46,805 nucleotides of DNA from Minisyncoccota bacterium (GCA_041650235.1 JBAZLP010000001.1:1-46805), one strand, 5' to 3'; shown: positions 8,521 to 16,854, numbered from the stretch's first letter. Translations and numbers: made by a program. Notes: generated by a model not told the origin, from the sequence alone.

Positions 8521-11500
8521 TTATTCTGCGAATCTCTGTTTGATTATGAAGAATGCGGCGACGAGTATTAAGACCACGGCCAATCCGGACAGGACGTACA
8601 GCATGAGCATGTTATTGGTCTGGCTTTCCACCTTGGACACGTCGGCTGCTGAAGCAACGAAATCATCGACTGAAACGGCCTGGGCTTCGGCGATGAAGAA
8701 AGGCGTGGGCAATGCCGATTCGACTATCTTTCCCTGATCGTTGTTTACCGCTACGTATACTTCATGGGTTCCATCAACCATCGTCTTGTCGAGATCATAC
8801 GTCCAGTTTCCGTTGGCATCAGCCTGAACGGTCACGACGATCGGCATCGTACTGTAGATGAAGAGAGTGACCACCTGATTAGGCTTGGCTTTTCCTTCGA
8901 ATCTCAAAGCATTCGTCTCTGTGACGGTTTCAACCTTATCGATAGCCAAAGACGCACTCGCCACGGCGGCAACATATTTGGGCTGCTCCAAGGACTTTCC
9001 TTCGGCTATGGCCTTGTCCACTCCGGCTACCTCCGTCTTTATCTTCTTCGCCAGCGGATCCAGCGGATCGGTCCCCAATCTGACTTCTTCCGCGTCGGAA
9101 TATCCGTCGCTGTCGGTGTCTTTCATATTCGGATCCGTCTTGAGACGATTCTCCACATCATCGGGCAATCCGTCTCCGTCTGAGTCGAAAGCTATGGCCA
9201 CCGGAGAAAGGTTCTGCTGAGCTGAAACGGTCGTTGCCGTGCGAATCAAGCTGACTGAAACGCTATCTGCCGCAGCCGAGGTTATAGGAAGGTTCTCAAC
9301 CTTGACTTCTTTTACCTGGGTGACCGGCTGAGATTGTCCCGAAGGAACTGAAACGACCTCGGTCCTGATGGTCTGATTCTTTATATCTACAACGGCTGCG
9401 CTTCCGGCCACTTCGGATAACTTCTCTTTGACGTCCGAAGCGATAACCGTTTTCAAATCTGATAAAATAACATTGTCGATCAAGGAATTACAGCTGTCGT
9501 CGCTCAATCCTTCGCATTTCAACGGTTTTCCGTATTTGCCGAGGAAATACTGCCGGCATTGTTCCTGAGAATTGAGATCACTGTCGCGACAATCGGAAAC
9601 TATCCTCGAATGATACAGATATAATTCGCAATCCTTCCTGGCTGTCCAACCGATAGCGGAACATTCAGCAGGAACTGTTTCCTGTTCGGTCGCTCCCGGC
9701 TCCGTTTCAACAGGAGTCACGGCATAAACGCAATCTCTTGTGACTAAGGGCGACTTCAAAACATTCGAAGAAATGCATATATCGGACAAAGAACATTTCC
9801 TGTACTGGGTCCCTTCGCTTCCGCAAGCGCTCCAGTCTTCGCATTTCCAATCGGCGTCGCTACAAGGCAGTTTACAGGCCTCCTCGACGACGGGATTACC
9901 CGGCGTGCATCCTTCGGGAGACGTCGATGATATGCTTCTCGTTTTCTTACCGTCCTTGCATTCGCTCCATCCCGAATATTTATACGAACAGGCCACGGCG
10001 GTACAGGCCCTCTCCAATGGTTCGTTCAGCTTGTCGATGCATCCTTCGGGATACGAGCTCAAAACCTTGCGGGTCTGCTTCCCGTTGACGCACGATCCGT
10101 ATTCAGAAAATTTGTAGTAACAGCTGGTAGCCGTGGTTTCAGTCTGTTCCTTTTCGGCAACGGTGCATTCCTGTTCCGTTCTCGGAGAAACCTGGGAAAC
10201 TCCCGGACAGTCGTAAGTCAAAGTACAAGGCCTGTACTGCTTCCCGTCAACGCAGACGCTCCAGTTATCGCAAGTCCACTTGTCTGCAGTACACTTGGCC
10301 ACGCACTTGTTCCCGCTCAATGAGTATCCCGAAGGGCAAGAGCAAGAGCACGAAGAAGCGCTCCATGCACCTCCGCTGTTAGCACAATCCGAACCGGTCA
10401 AAGTACACGCCGTCTTGGCCACGCAGCTCCCTCCGCCTCCGAGAGAATACCCGGTCGGACAGGCACAAATGCAACTATTAGAATTCCAGGTTCCCTTGCT
10501 CCATTCGCAGTTATTCTTGTTCTGGGTGTTCAGAGCGGTGCTGGTCGAACAACTGGTGGTGGCATTGGCCACGCATTTGGTCCCGCTCAAAACATAGTTA
10601 GCGGGACAGGTACAGGCACATGTCGTAGAACTCCAAGAACCTCCGCTGCCCGCGCAGTCCGAACTTCCATCATTGGTGCAATTGGAAACGCTGGTCGCAA
10701 TCACGCATTTTTTCCCGTCCAAGCGGAAAGAGGTCGGACACGCACAAGCGCAGGTGGTGGAATTCCACGAACCTCCGCTGCCGGTACAACTCACTCTGTC
10801 TTCGGAAACGCAGGTTGTCGAACCGTAAAGACATTTGTTTCCGCTCAAAAAATACCCAGAAGGACAAGAACAGGAACAGGAAGAAGTGCTCCATGTCCCT
10901 CCGCTGCCCATACATTCCGATCCGTTGTCGGAGCAATGAGCCACGCATTTGTTTCCGCTCATATAGTAATTGGACGGACAGGAACAAGTACAGTTTGTGA
11001 TATTCCACGAACCTCCGCTGCCGGTACATTCAGAACCGAGAGCTCCGGTAAGGGCGCAATAGGTGGCAACGGGAGCATAGACGCAACTCCCTCCGCTTCC
11101 CAGATTGTAATTCGCAGGACAGGTGCAAACACAGGTATCCGAATTCCACGAACCGTTGCTCCATTCGCAGTTATTCTTGTTCTGGGTGTTCAGAGCGGTG
11201 CTGGTCGAACAGCTGGTGGCGACCGTTACCTGGTTGGCCGCGCAAGAAGTGCCGCTCAAAGAATATCCTGTCGGACAAGCACAAGAGCACGAAGAAGCGC
11301 TCCATGCACCTCCGCTGCCGGTACATGATAATCCTGTATCAGTACAAGAAGGCGTAGTCGTATTGTTGGATGTTCCAGCAGTCGAAGAAGTCATATAGAC
11401 GCAACTTCCTCCGCCTCCCAGATACCAATTAGTTGGACACGTACAAGTGCAACTATTCGAATTCCACGAACCGTTGCTCCATTCGCAGTTATTCTTGTTC

Positions 11501-11991
11501 TGGGTGTTCAGAGTATTACTGGTCGAACAATTGGTTGCGCCTCCTGTGACGGTAAAAGTCGCGCTGATTCCCGATCCGTATACATATTCTTTTGAATTGC
11601 CGTTATTATCTTTCAAGACAACCTTCCCCACTTTCCAAGTCCCGTTCTCGGCGCTCGAAGGCATTAAAAGGTTGGCAGACCATTTGCCCGTGTCGTTGGA
11701 AGCGGTAATATCGGAAGAAATCTGGTTCGTATCGGTTCCCGACGGCCCGATTACTTTGACTGAAACCGATTTTAACCCCGACGAATCGTCCGAAGCTGAA
11801 ACTGTAACCGTGAACTGGCTGTTTGCGCTCACCGACGTGGGATAGACGGCCACTCCGCCCAGTTGCGGAGCCGTCGTATCGGTAACGGCGGTCGTCAATG
11901 TTTCGGCGTAAGAGACTATCTCGCCCCCCTTGGTTGCGACAACAACCGCCAATAGAGAGATACAGAGGAACAATGTTATCAGTTTCTTCAT
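8521..11991 (-). CDS. Giant secreted/anchored Cys-rich modular surface protein (1156 aa)
   Basis: It has a signal peptide (MKKLITLFLCISLLAVVVA). Nine six-Cys, EGF-like modules of about 40 aa follow (C..C.GSGG.W....C.C.CP..Y.L.G..C). Next come four W/C-rich TSP1-like modules (WSECKDGKKTR) and Ca-binding TSP3-type repeats (DSDGDGLPDD, DTDSDGYSD). The C-terminal end has an Ig-like domain and a TM anchor (LMLYVLSGLAVVLILVAAFFII). Confidence 0.85.
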   Translation of the reverse strand: MKKLITLFLCISLLAVVVATKGGEIVSYAETLTTAVTDTTAPQLGGVAVYPTSVSANSQFTVTVSASDDSSGLKSVSVKVIGPSGTDTNQISSDITASNDTGKWSANLLMPSSAENGTWKVGKVVLKDNNGNSKEYVYGSGISATFTVTGGATNCSTSNTLNTQNKNNCEWSNGSWNSNSCTCTCPTNWYLGGGGSCVYMTSSTAGTSNNTTTPSCTDTGLSCTGSGGAWSASSCSCACPTGYSLSGTSCAANQVTVATSCSTSTALNTQNKNNCEWSNGSWNSDTCVCTCPANYNLGSGGSCVYAPVATYCALTGALGSECTGSGGSWNITNCTCSCPSNYYMSGNKCVAHCSDNGSECMGSGGTWSTSSCSCSCPSGYFLSGNKCLYGSTTCVSEDRVSCTGSGGSWNSTTCACACPTSFRLDGKKCVIATSVSNCTNDGSSDCAGSGGSWSSTTCACTCPANYVLSGTKCVANATTSCSTSTALNTQNKNNCEWSKGTWNSNSCICACPTGYSLGGGGSCVAKTACTLTGSDCANSGGAWSASSCSCSCPSGYSLSGNKCVAKCTADKWTCDNWSVCVDGKQYRPCTLTYDCPGVSQVSPRTEQECTVAEKEQTETTATSCYYKFSEYGSCVNGKQTRKVLSSYPEGCIDKLNEPLERACTAVACSYKYSGWSECKDGKKTRSISSTSPEGCTPGNPVVEEACKLPCSDADWKCEDWSACGSEGTQYRKCSLSDICISSNVLKSPLVTRDCVYAVTPVETEPGATEQETVPAECSAIGWTARKDCELYLYHSRIVSDCRDSDLNSQEQCRQYFLGKYGKPLKCEGLSDDSCNSLIDNVILSDLKTVIASDVKEKLSEVAGSAAVVDIKNQTIRTEVVSVPSGQSQPVTQVKEVKVENLPITSAAADSVSVSLIRTATTVSAQQNLSPVAIAFDSDGDGLPDDVENRLKTDPNMKDTDSDGYSDAEEVRLGTDPLDPLAKKIKTEVAGVDKAIAEGKSLEQPKYVAAVASASLAIDKVETVTETNALRFEGKAKPNQVVTLFIYSTMPIVVTVQADANGNWTYDLDKTMVDGTHEVYVAVNNDQGKIVESALPTPFFIAEAQAVSVDDFVASAADVSKVESQTNNMLMLYVLSGLAVVLILVAAFFIIKQRFAE
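10481..11536 (-). repeat. Three dispersed copies of a ~78-bp coding repeat inside the giant gene (10481-10558, 11141-11218, 11459-11536)
   Basis: The core ccattcgcagttattcttgttctgggtgttcagag is identical in all three copies. Copies 1 and 2 are identical over 51 bp. Each encodes LNTQNKNNCEWS. Confidence 0.85.
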
Positions 11992-12109
11992 AATGTTTAT
12001 AAAAACACCTCGAAAGAGATGTTAAGATTAACCTTTAATAATGAATTGAATTTTCTCGGCATTTATACATTATTATATTATAAAACAGGTGAAAAAATAA
12101 AACAATACC

Positions 12110-13009
12110 TCAAAAAGAAAATTTCTCTTTCATCGTCTCGAACAGGTAGACGGCCGGATTCCTGGAACAAATAGCATCTATAGCCGAAATATCTTCCGAA
12201 GTCACGCCCTGGCCCTCTTCGGCATTGACCGCGTACATTATATCCATAGGATCATCGGCATGGCCCAGTCCCAAGGCATGCCCCATTTCATGGACAAGGA
12301 CCGAAACCAGCTTCCGTCTGTCATCAAACTGGTAGATATTGATTCTTTGTGAATAAGAATCGGAAATATAGTTTCCCTGCTCGAATTCTTCAAAAGATTT
12401 GCCTAAGTCGTTATATTCCCCGGCGCTGATATTGTATTTCTGAGCGAGATAATCTATCTCCTGCGCTAGCGAGTTTATCTTCTGCACCAGTTCGGCATTG
12501 GCGTCCTCCTTGGCCCTGATTTCGGAAATCAGCTGTTCGGCGTTCTTTTTCTTGTATCCCGACTGGTTATAGCTCAAAACCAAGGCCTTCAGCTCAGCCG
12601 AACTCTTTTCATACAAAGACACGTATTTATCGTATTCCCCCTTTAGATAATCGTAATTGGTCTGGTCGATATCCATGACCTTGCCCAGCTGGTCAAGCTG
12701 GTCCGTAGCTTCCTGGCGGGAATCATAGACCAGATTCATCTTCAACCCTTTTCCCTCCGAATAATCGAAAAGGTTTTTCTTATACGCATCCTCCCATGAT
12801 TTCTCCGCCTCTTTGATTGAGGAAAGGAAAAAATCGGAAGACACTCCGAAGCGGCTATCTATCTCTCCCAGGGAATATTCGATCGGATTCCGGCAGGGAT
12901 TGAAAAAAAGACGGGAATATCCCGACTGCATCTCCGGCCAGAAAAGATAGGCGAAAAAAGCCAGAATTATGATAAAGACGATTTCGAATATCCTTGTTCC
13001 GTAGTCCAT
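12110..13009 (-). CDS. Membrane-anchored zinc metalloprotease, matrixin (M10)-like
   Basis: N-terminal TM helix, then a C-terminal HEMGHALGLGHADDPMDIMY (HExxHxxGxxH plus Met-turn). Confidence 0.75.
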   Translation of the reverse strand: MDYGTRIFEIVFIIILAFFAYLFWPEMQSGYSRLFFNPCRNPIEYSLGEIDSRFGVSSDFFLSSIKEAEKSWEDAYKKNLFDYSEGKGLKMNLVYDSRQEATDQLDQLGKVMDIDQTNYDYLKGEYDKYVSLYEKSSAELKALVLSYNQSGYKKKNAEQLISEIRAKEDANAELVQKINSLAQEIDYLAQKYNISAGEYNDLGKSFEEFEQGNYISDSYSQRINIYQFDDRRKLVSVLVHEMGHALGLGHADDPMDIMYAVNAEEGQGVTSEDISAIDAICSRNPAVYLFETMKEKFSF

Positions 13010-13015
13010 AGATCA

Positions 13016-13024
13016 ATTATCGCA
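13016..13024 (-). promoter_or_regulatory. Extended -10-like element (TGCGATAAT) 6 nt upstream of the M10 protease ATG
   Basis: The minus strand reads TGCGATAAT-TGATCT-ATG. Confidence 0.35.
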
Positions 13025-13058
13025 AAAACAAGGAAATATTTCAACAAAATCATTTACC

Positions 13059-13892
13059 CTATTTCCTGCACTCTTCGAAGCAAGATTTATGCTCTTTTCC
13101 GGAATCGAAGCATTCCTTGACGCAAGAACTTTCCTTCTTCTCGAAATAGAAAATATTTTCGGGGAGATTCTTCTTGTCCGCTCCGAATTTGGATTCGATG
13201 CCCCTGTCCACAGCCGGAAGATCCTTCTTCTCAAATATCCTTATCTTATCCGCCTTAAAGTCATATCCCTCCTTTTTACCCACGGCGACGACGAACTGGC
13301 CCTTCTCAATTTCGGGAACGCCCTCTGTCCTTTCCAGATCCACATTTCTCAACCCCTGAGGTGTCTGAAGGACTATGTATCCTTCCCCTTCTTCGAAAAC
13401 GATTCCGGCTACTCCGCTGTTCCTTACCCCCGTCATCGGATCAAGAAGCATTCTTGCCGGAACCATTCCGCCCCTGGCCTGTGTCTCGATTATCTTTCCC
13501 ACATTGGCTGATGTAAGGACGGCTCCCATAACCATGATGCTGGCGACCATTCCCACGGCCAGATATCCGAACGGCTTCTTATATGAGACATCGCTCTTGG
13601 TAATCAGGTATCCGGACAGGACGATAAGGATGATGAAGGCGACAACCAGAAGATATGGGAAAGATTCAAGGAAAGCGAAGATGCCGAACTTGCCGAAGCT
13701 CAGATACTTCAGATTGTCGGTTTCTTTGAGATAGAAAAGGATGAGATTGAAGAAAAGGACGGAAAGCAAAACAGAAAGGGCGAAGGCCGTTCCAAGTCCC
13801 AGCTTTTCGGCGACAAAGACGTATTTCGACCTGATTTTAACCTGGCCGCTCTTTATCTCCTCCATTATTGATTTTTCCAGCTCATCTTCCAT
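13059..13892 (-). CDS. Multi-pass membrane protein, putative anti-sigma factor (by position only)
   Basis: 277 aa. A short cytoplasmic N-terminus is followed by about 4 TM helices, a soluble C-domain and a CVKEC...CFEEC tail. It overlaps the upstream ECF sigma gene by 11 nt. Confidence 0.45.
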   Translation of the reverse strand: MEDELEKSIMEEIKSGQVKIRSKYVFVAEKLGLGTAFALSVLLSVLFFNLILFYLKETDNLKYLSFGKFGIFAFLESFPYLLVVAFIILIVLSGYLITKSDVSYKKPFGYLAVGMVASIMVMGAVLTSANVGKIIETQARGGMVPARMLLDPMTGVRNSGVAGIVFEEGEGYIVLQTPQGLRNVDLERTEGVPEIEKGQFVVAVGKKEGYDFKADKIRIFEKKDLPAVDRGIESKFGADKKNLPENIFYFEKKESSCVKECFDSGKEHKSCFEECRK

Positions 13893-14448
13893 AGTTTTTA
13901 TTTATTTCTTCAAGATTGTCCTTTATCATCTTCTTCCCTCTTAAAATGAGGGTGCCGACCGTATTCTTTGGTATCCTCAAAACATCGCTTATCTCCTCGT
14001 ACGACATCTCTTCCAGATAGAAGAGGACTATCGGTTCGCGGTATTTCAGATCCAGTTTCCCTATCACCCCTTCCATATCTTTCTTTAAGAATTTCCTGTC
14101 CGCCTCCGTCCCTATATCCGACTTCTCGTCGATCAATTTGTATTCCACGTCGTCTAAAGCAACCCTTCCTTTATTCCTTCTTCTCTTCAGATGGTTGACC
14201 GCCTCGTTATGGGCTATCCTGTATATCCAGGAGGAGAACTTCTTGCTTATATCAAAGCCGTACAGGTTTTTGTACGCTTTGATGAAGACGACCTGGAGGA
14301 TATCCTCGACGTCGTCCGTGTCGCTTATGAATTTGTGCAGATAGCGGGAAAGCTTGTCTTCGTATCTCCTGATGATCTCCCTGTATGACTCCTTTTCTCC
14401 CTTCAAAATCAAAGAAACTATCTGTTCATCGCTCGATTGCTCTGTCAT
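13882..14448 (-). CDS. RNA polymerase sigma factor, ECF (sigma-70 group 4)
   Basis: Region 2 (FSSWIYRIAHNEAVNHLKRR) and region 4 HTH (EMSYEEISDVLRIPKNTVGTLILRGKKMI). Length 188 aa. Confidence 0.9.
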   Translation of the reverse strand: MTEQSSDEQIVSLILKGEKESYREIIRRYEDKLSRYLHKFISDTDDVEDILQVVFIKAYKNLYGFDISKKFSSWIYRIAHNEAVNHLKRRRNKGRVALDDVEYKLIDEKSDIGTEADRKFLKKDMEGVIGKLDLKYREPIVLFYLEEMSYEEISDVLRIPKNTVGTLILRGKKMIKDNLEEINKNYGR

Positions 14449-14494
14449 GACTATATGGTATCACACTTTAATACAACCGATAATCTCTTTTATT

Positions 14495-14520
14495 TCAAAG
14501 GGAAAACCGGCTATTCGGCC
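14495..14520 (-). terminator. Hairpin (CCGGC-CGAATA-GCCGG + TTTTCCCTTT) overlapping the stop of the 131-aa gene
   Basis: Read on the minus strand around the stop codon at 14511-14513. Confidence 0.4.
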
Positions 14521-14906
14521 GGCTTTTCCGTTTTAGGACCAAACATTCCCATGCCTCCCTTACCGTTCTTAAGCATGTTCACATGCTGTTCCTTCATCTT
14601 GTCGAACTGTTCCTGGGTGGTTGCGTTTATCCTCTCTATCTCCTGCTGTTTCCAGGAGTCGAGGGTCATGTTCTGCCATTTGGCCAGTTCCTCAGCTCTC
14701 TTGGATTCCATTTCCGTTTCCTTGGCTTGCACCTGGGTCTTCTGCTCTTCGGTAAGGGTTATCCCGTACCTTTTCTCAAGCTGATCGGCCTGGTTCAAGG
14801 CGTTAGAAGCTATTCCCGAAGATGCCGCCATGGCTGTAGCCAGCCCGAATCCGGAAACGATCAAAGCGGATAAGATGGAAAAGATGATAAGTTTCTTTTT
14901 TTGCAT
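14511..14906 (-). CDS. Secreted small protein, possibly Spy/CpxP-like (LTxxQ motif)
   Basis: Signal peptide MQKKKLIIFSILSALIVSGFGLATAMA. The body is helical and charged, with LTEEQKTQ. The functional call is weak. Confidence 0.55.
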   Translation of the reverse strand: MQKKKLIIFSILSALIVSGFGLATAMAASSGIASNALNQADQLEKRYGITLTEEQKTQVQAKETEMESKRAEELAKWQNMTLDSWKQQEIERINATTQEQFDKMKEQHVNMLKNGKGGMGMFGPKTEKPAE

Positions 14907-14977
14907 ATTGTTTTTATTTATTATCTCGAGGTCCTCTAAAAATTAATACAAGCTTAACGGAAAATTATTTCAAAAAC

Positions 14978-15000
14978 AAAAAACCGGGTCTCCCCGGCGG
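14978..15000 (-). terminator. Rho-independent terminator after the Cys-rich mini-gene pair
   Basis: The minus strand reads CCGGG-GAGA-CCCGG followed by TTTTTTGTTTTT, starting a few nt after the TGA at 15007-15009. Confidence 0.65.
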
Positions 15001-15006
15001 TTTGTT

Positions 15007-15156
15007 TCATTTGTCCTGCTTTTCCTTCTTCTCCGCGCAGCCGCATTGGCAGTCGGAAGGACAAGAACAGCAGTAGATGCAGACGCCCGGCTCGCAGGAA
15101 CATTCGGTTTCGGCGTTCAGAGGCATTCCGCATTCGCACTTTCTTTCTTCTTCCAT
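15007..15156 (-). CDS. 49-aa Cys-rich (11 Cys) metallothionein-like mini-protein; below the ORF-track cutoff
   Basis: Hand translation: MEEERKCECGMPLNAETECSCEPGVCIYCCSCPSDCQCGCAEKKEKQDK. The ATG lies 1 nt after the stop of the upstream mini-gene (TAA-T-ATG), and a terminator follows. Confidence 0.5.
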   Translation of the reverse strand: MEEERKCECGMPLNAETECSCEPGVCIYCCSCPSDCQCGCAEKKEKQDK

Positions 15157-15157
15157 A

Positions 15158-15334
15158 TTATTTTTTCTCTTCGCAGCCGCATTCGCAGTGTCCGTGCTTC
15201 TTGCAGATCATTGACAATCCGACGGCTATGATTATTACCGGCCAGACGATTCCCCAGGCGCTGGCGGAAATATATCCCAGATTCTGGAGAAGGAAGACCG
15301 CTCCTATTACGATTAAGGCGATTCCTAAAATCAT
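15158..15334 (-). CDS. 58-aa two-TM membrane protein with a Cys-rich tail (DUF5668/LiaF-N-like hairpin); below the ORF-track cutoff
   Basis: Hand translation: MILGIALIVIGAVFLLQNLGYISASAWGIVWPVIIIAVGLSMICKKHGHCECGCEEKK. An extended -10 lies upstream. Confidence 0.6.
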   Translation of the reverse strand: MILGIALIVIGAVFLLQNLGYISASAWGIVWPVIIIAVGLSMICKKHGHCECGCEEKK

Positions 15335-15372
15335 ATGTTTTGTATATGTATTATGATTACGACCTTTATAAT

Positions 15373-15381
15373 ATTATACCA
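15373..15381 (-). promoter_or_regulatory. Extended -10 (TGGTATAAT) for the mini-gene pair
   Basis: The minus strand reads CTGGTATAAT, 38 nt upstream of ATG 15334. Confidence 0.4.
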
Positions 15382-15388
15382 GAAAAAA

Positions 15389-15856
15389 TCAGATTGAGAA
15401 AAGATACAAAAATCTCTCCCATTCCTCTATGCATTTATCGGATAAATCGATTACGTCGACGAGCGTCCCCAATTCCTCGATGTCCAACCCGAATCTGTCC
15501 TCCTTCCTTCCGGGATCGTGGTATTTGACGATTGGAGAAGAGATGTTTCCATATTTGTGCTCCACCAGATGATGGGCCGGCTCGTATTTGTCTATCGTCC
15601 TGTGCTTCTGCCTGTTAGCCATATCCTTGCACAATGACAAGGGAAAGCTCTCATTGATGAAGATATCTATATCTCTCTTGCTATACCTGCTTTCGAAAAG
15701 CCAGTCCCTCAGATGATAGCACTGGATGAAAAAGGAGGTGAAAGCGTCTATGGCGCTTTCGATGTTGTCTTCCTTGGCAACCGAAAACCGCTTGATGTCC
15801 TCGGCCAAGCGCTTTATCCTGTCCAGCTGTTCCTGATATGGAAAAACGTATTTCAT
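15389..15856 (-). CDS. Hypothetical cytoplasmic protein (155 aa)
   Basis: Clean ORF whose ATG overlaps the upstream gene's stop (ATGA). I recognise no motif. Confidence 0.55.
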   Translation of the reverse strand: MKYVFPYQEQLDRIKRLAEDIKRFSVAKEDNIESAIDAFTSFFIQCYHLRDWLFESRYSKRDIDIFINESFPLSLCKDMANRQKHRTIDKYEPAHHLVEHKYGNISSPIVKYHDPGRKEDRFGLDIEELGTLVDVIDLSDKCIEEWERFLYLFSI

Positions 15857-16854
15857 TTATTTAAAGCTTCTTCCTTTGCTTTTCTGATGATATCTTCCCT
15901 GTCAAAATCGAATATCTTCCGGCGGAGCTCCTCGGGGAAAATCGCTTCTACGTCCTTCGAATATCCGCTGCCGTCGCCGGGAGCTTCATATGAAAACCTG
16001 CTTAAGTCATAATAGGAAAGCTCATTGGGGTAGCTTATCTTAACCGGCCCCGAAGAACCGCTCAAGACCTTGACCTCTCCATTTTCAACAACATATTCGA
16101 TGCAATGCGCCCAGATATATAGCGGGAACAGCTCTTCTTGGGAAAGATTCTCGGCTACGCAAACATTATCGCTATTTTCTTCGGTTTTCCAGCTGAATCG
16201 CTTCTGGGTTAAAAGGTAATCGGTTATCGCTTTTTCGACATGTTGATTGGGAAAGGCAAAAGGACACTCTTTAAATTCACACTTGGGACCGGTACGACCC
16301 ACATATGATCCGTCTGGACAGAGTTTGGCCTCCTGGGAACACATCACTGTTTGCTGGTTAAAATTCTTCCAGATTAAAAATCCTGAAATGGCGACGATCG
16401 TGACTGCTATCATAAAAAGGCCTAAAAATATCTTCAGAACTCCTTTTCCTCCGTCAACCTGCTTGATGATGATTTTAAAAAACATCAGCCAGAAAAGTAT
16501 GTCTATCAAAAGCATTACGATAAAAACGATGAAAACTACAAAAGCAAACGGATTCCTGTAATTATAAGTATAGTTGGATACCGTTGCGATCAAGATCAGA
16601 TATGGAAAAAAACCCAAAAGGAATCCAACGGATTTTTTAACAAAATCTCCCGCTTTTTTTCCGGAAGAATAACGGTAAAAGAAATAAAAAATAAGGCAGA
16701 TGGGCAGTCCGATAACGAAAATAACGTTTGCGTGAATAAGAACATCTGTCCAGCCGCCTATAAAAACATAATTTATGTTGGAAGCGATGGCAAGCCAAAC
16801 AATGACGTCAAAAAACTTCTTAACCCTTTCTTTGTTTAAAGTTATTTTTTCCAT
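15853..16854 (-). CDS. Hypothetical polytopic membrane protein with an extracytoplasmic C-domain
   Basis: About 6 TM helices. They are followed by the motif CSQEAKLCPDGSYVGRTGPKCEFKECP, which is common in CPR exported proteins. Confidence 0.6.
   Translation of the reverse strand: MEKITLNKERVKKFFDVIVWLAIASNINYVFIGGWTDVLIHANVIFVIGLPICLIFYFFYRYSSGKKAGDFVKKSVGFLLGFFPYLILIATVSNYTYNYRNPFAFVVFIVFIVMLLIDILFWLMFFKIIIKQVDGGKGVLKIFLGLFMIAVTIVAISGFLIWKNFNQQTVMCSQEAKLCPDGSYVGRTGPKCEFKECPFAFPNQHVEKAITDYLLTQKRFSWKTEENSDNVCVAENLSQEELFPLYIWAHCIEYVVENGEVKVLSGSSGPVKISYPNELSYYDLSRFSYEAPGDGSGYSKDVEAIFPEELRRKIFDFDREDIIRKAKEEALNK

Noticed and set aside
10400-11600. Possible CRISPR array suggested by recurring ~50-80-bp identical segments
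   Set aside because: The repeats are irregularly spaced (660 and 318 nt), lie in frame within a continuous 3.5-kb ORF and encode the same peptide. No cas genes are present. The island repeats (23.3-27.5 kb) are degenerate and separated by whole genes, so they are not CRISPR either.
10280-11845. Plus- and minus-strand alternative-frame ORFs inside the adhesin gene that repeat LLHSQLFLFWVFRAVLVEQL (10280-10597, 11123-11398, 11447-11845, 10670-11029, 10936-11328)
   Set aside because: The repeated peptide is simply the other-frame reading of the three DNA repeats. The main frame has a signal peptide, a coherent module structure and a TM anchor.
13013-13234. 73-aa minus-strand ORF spanning the M10/anti-sigma intergenic region
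   Set aside because: It overlaps the 3' end of the 277-aa membrane-protein gene in another frame and has an Arg/Ser-rich low-complexity sequence. The intergenic part is explained by the TGCGATAAT promoter.
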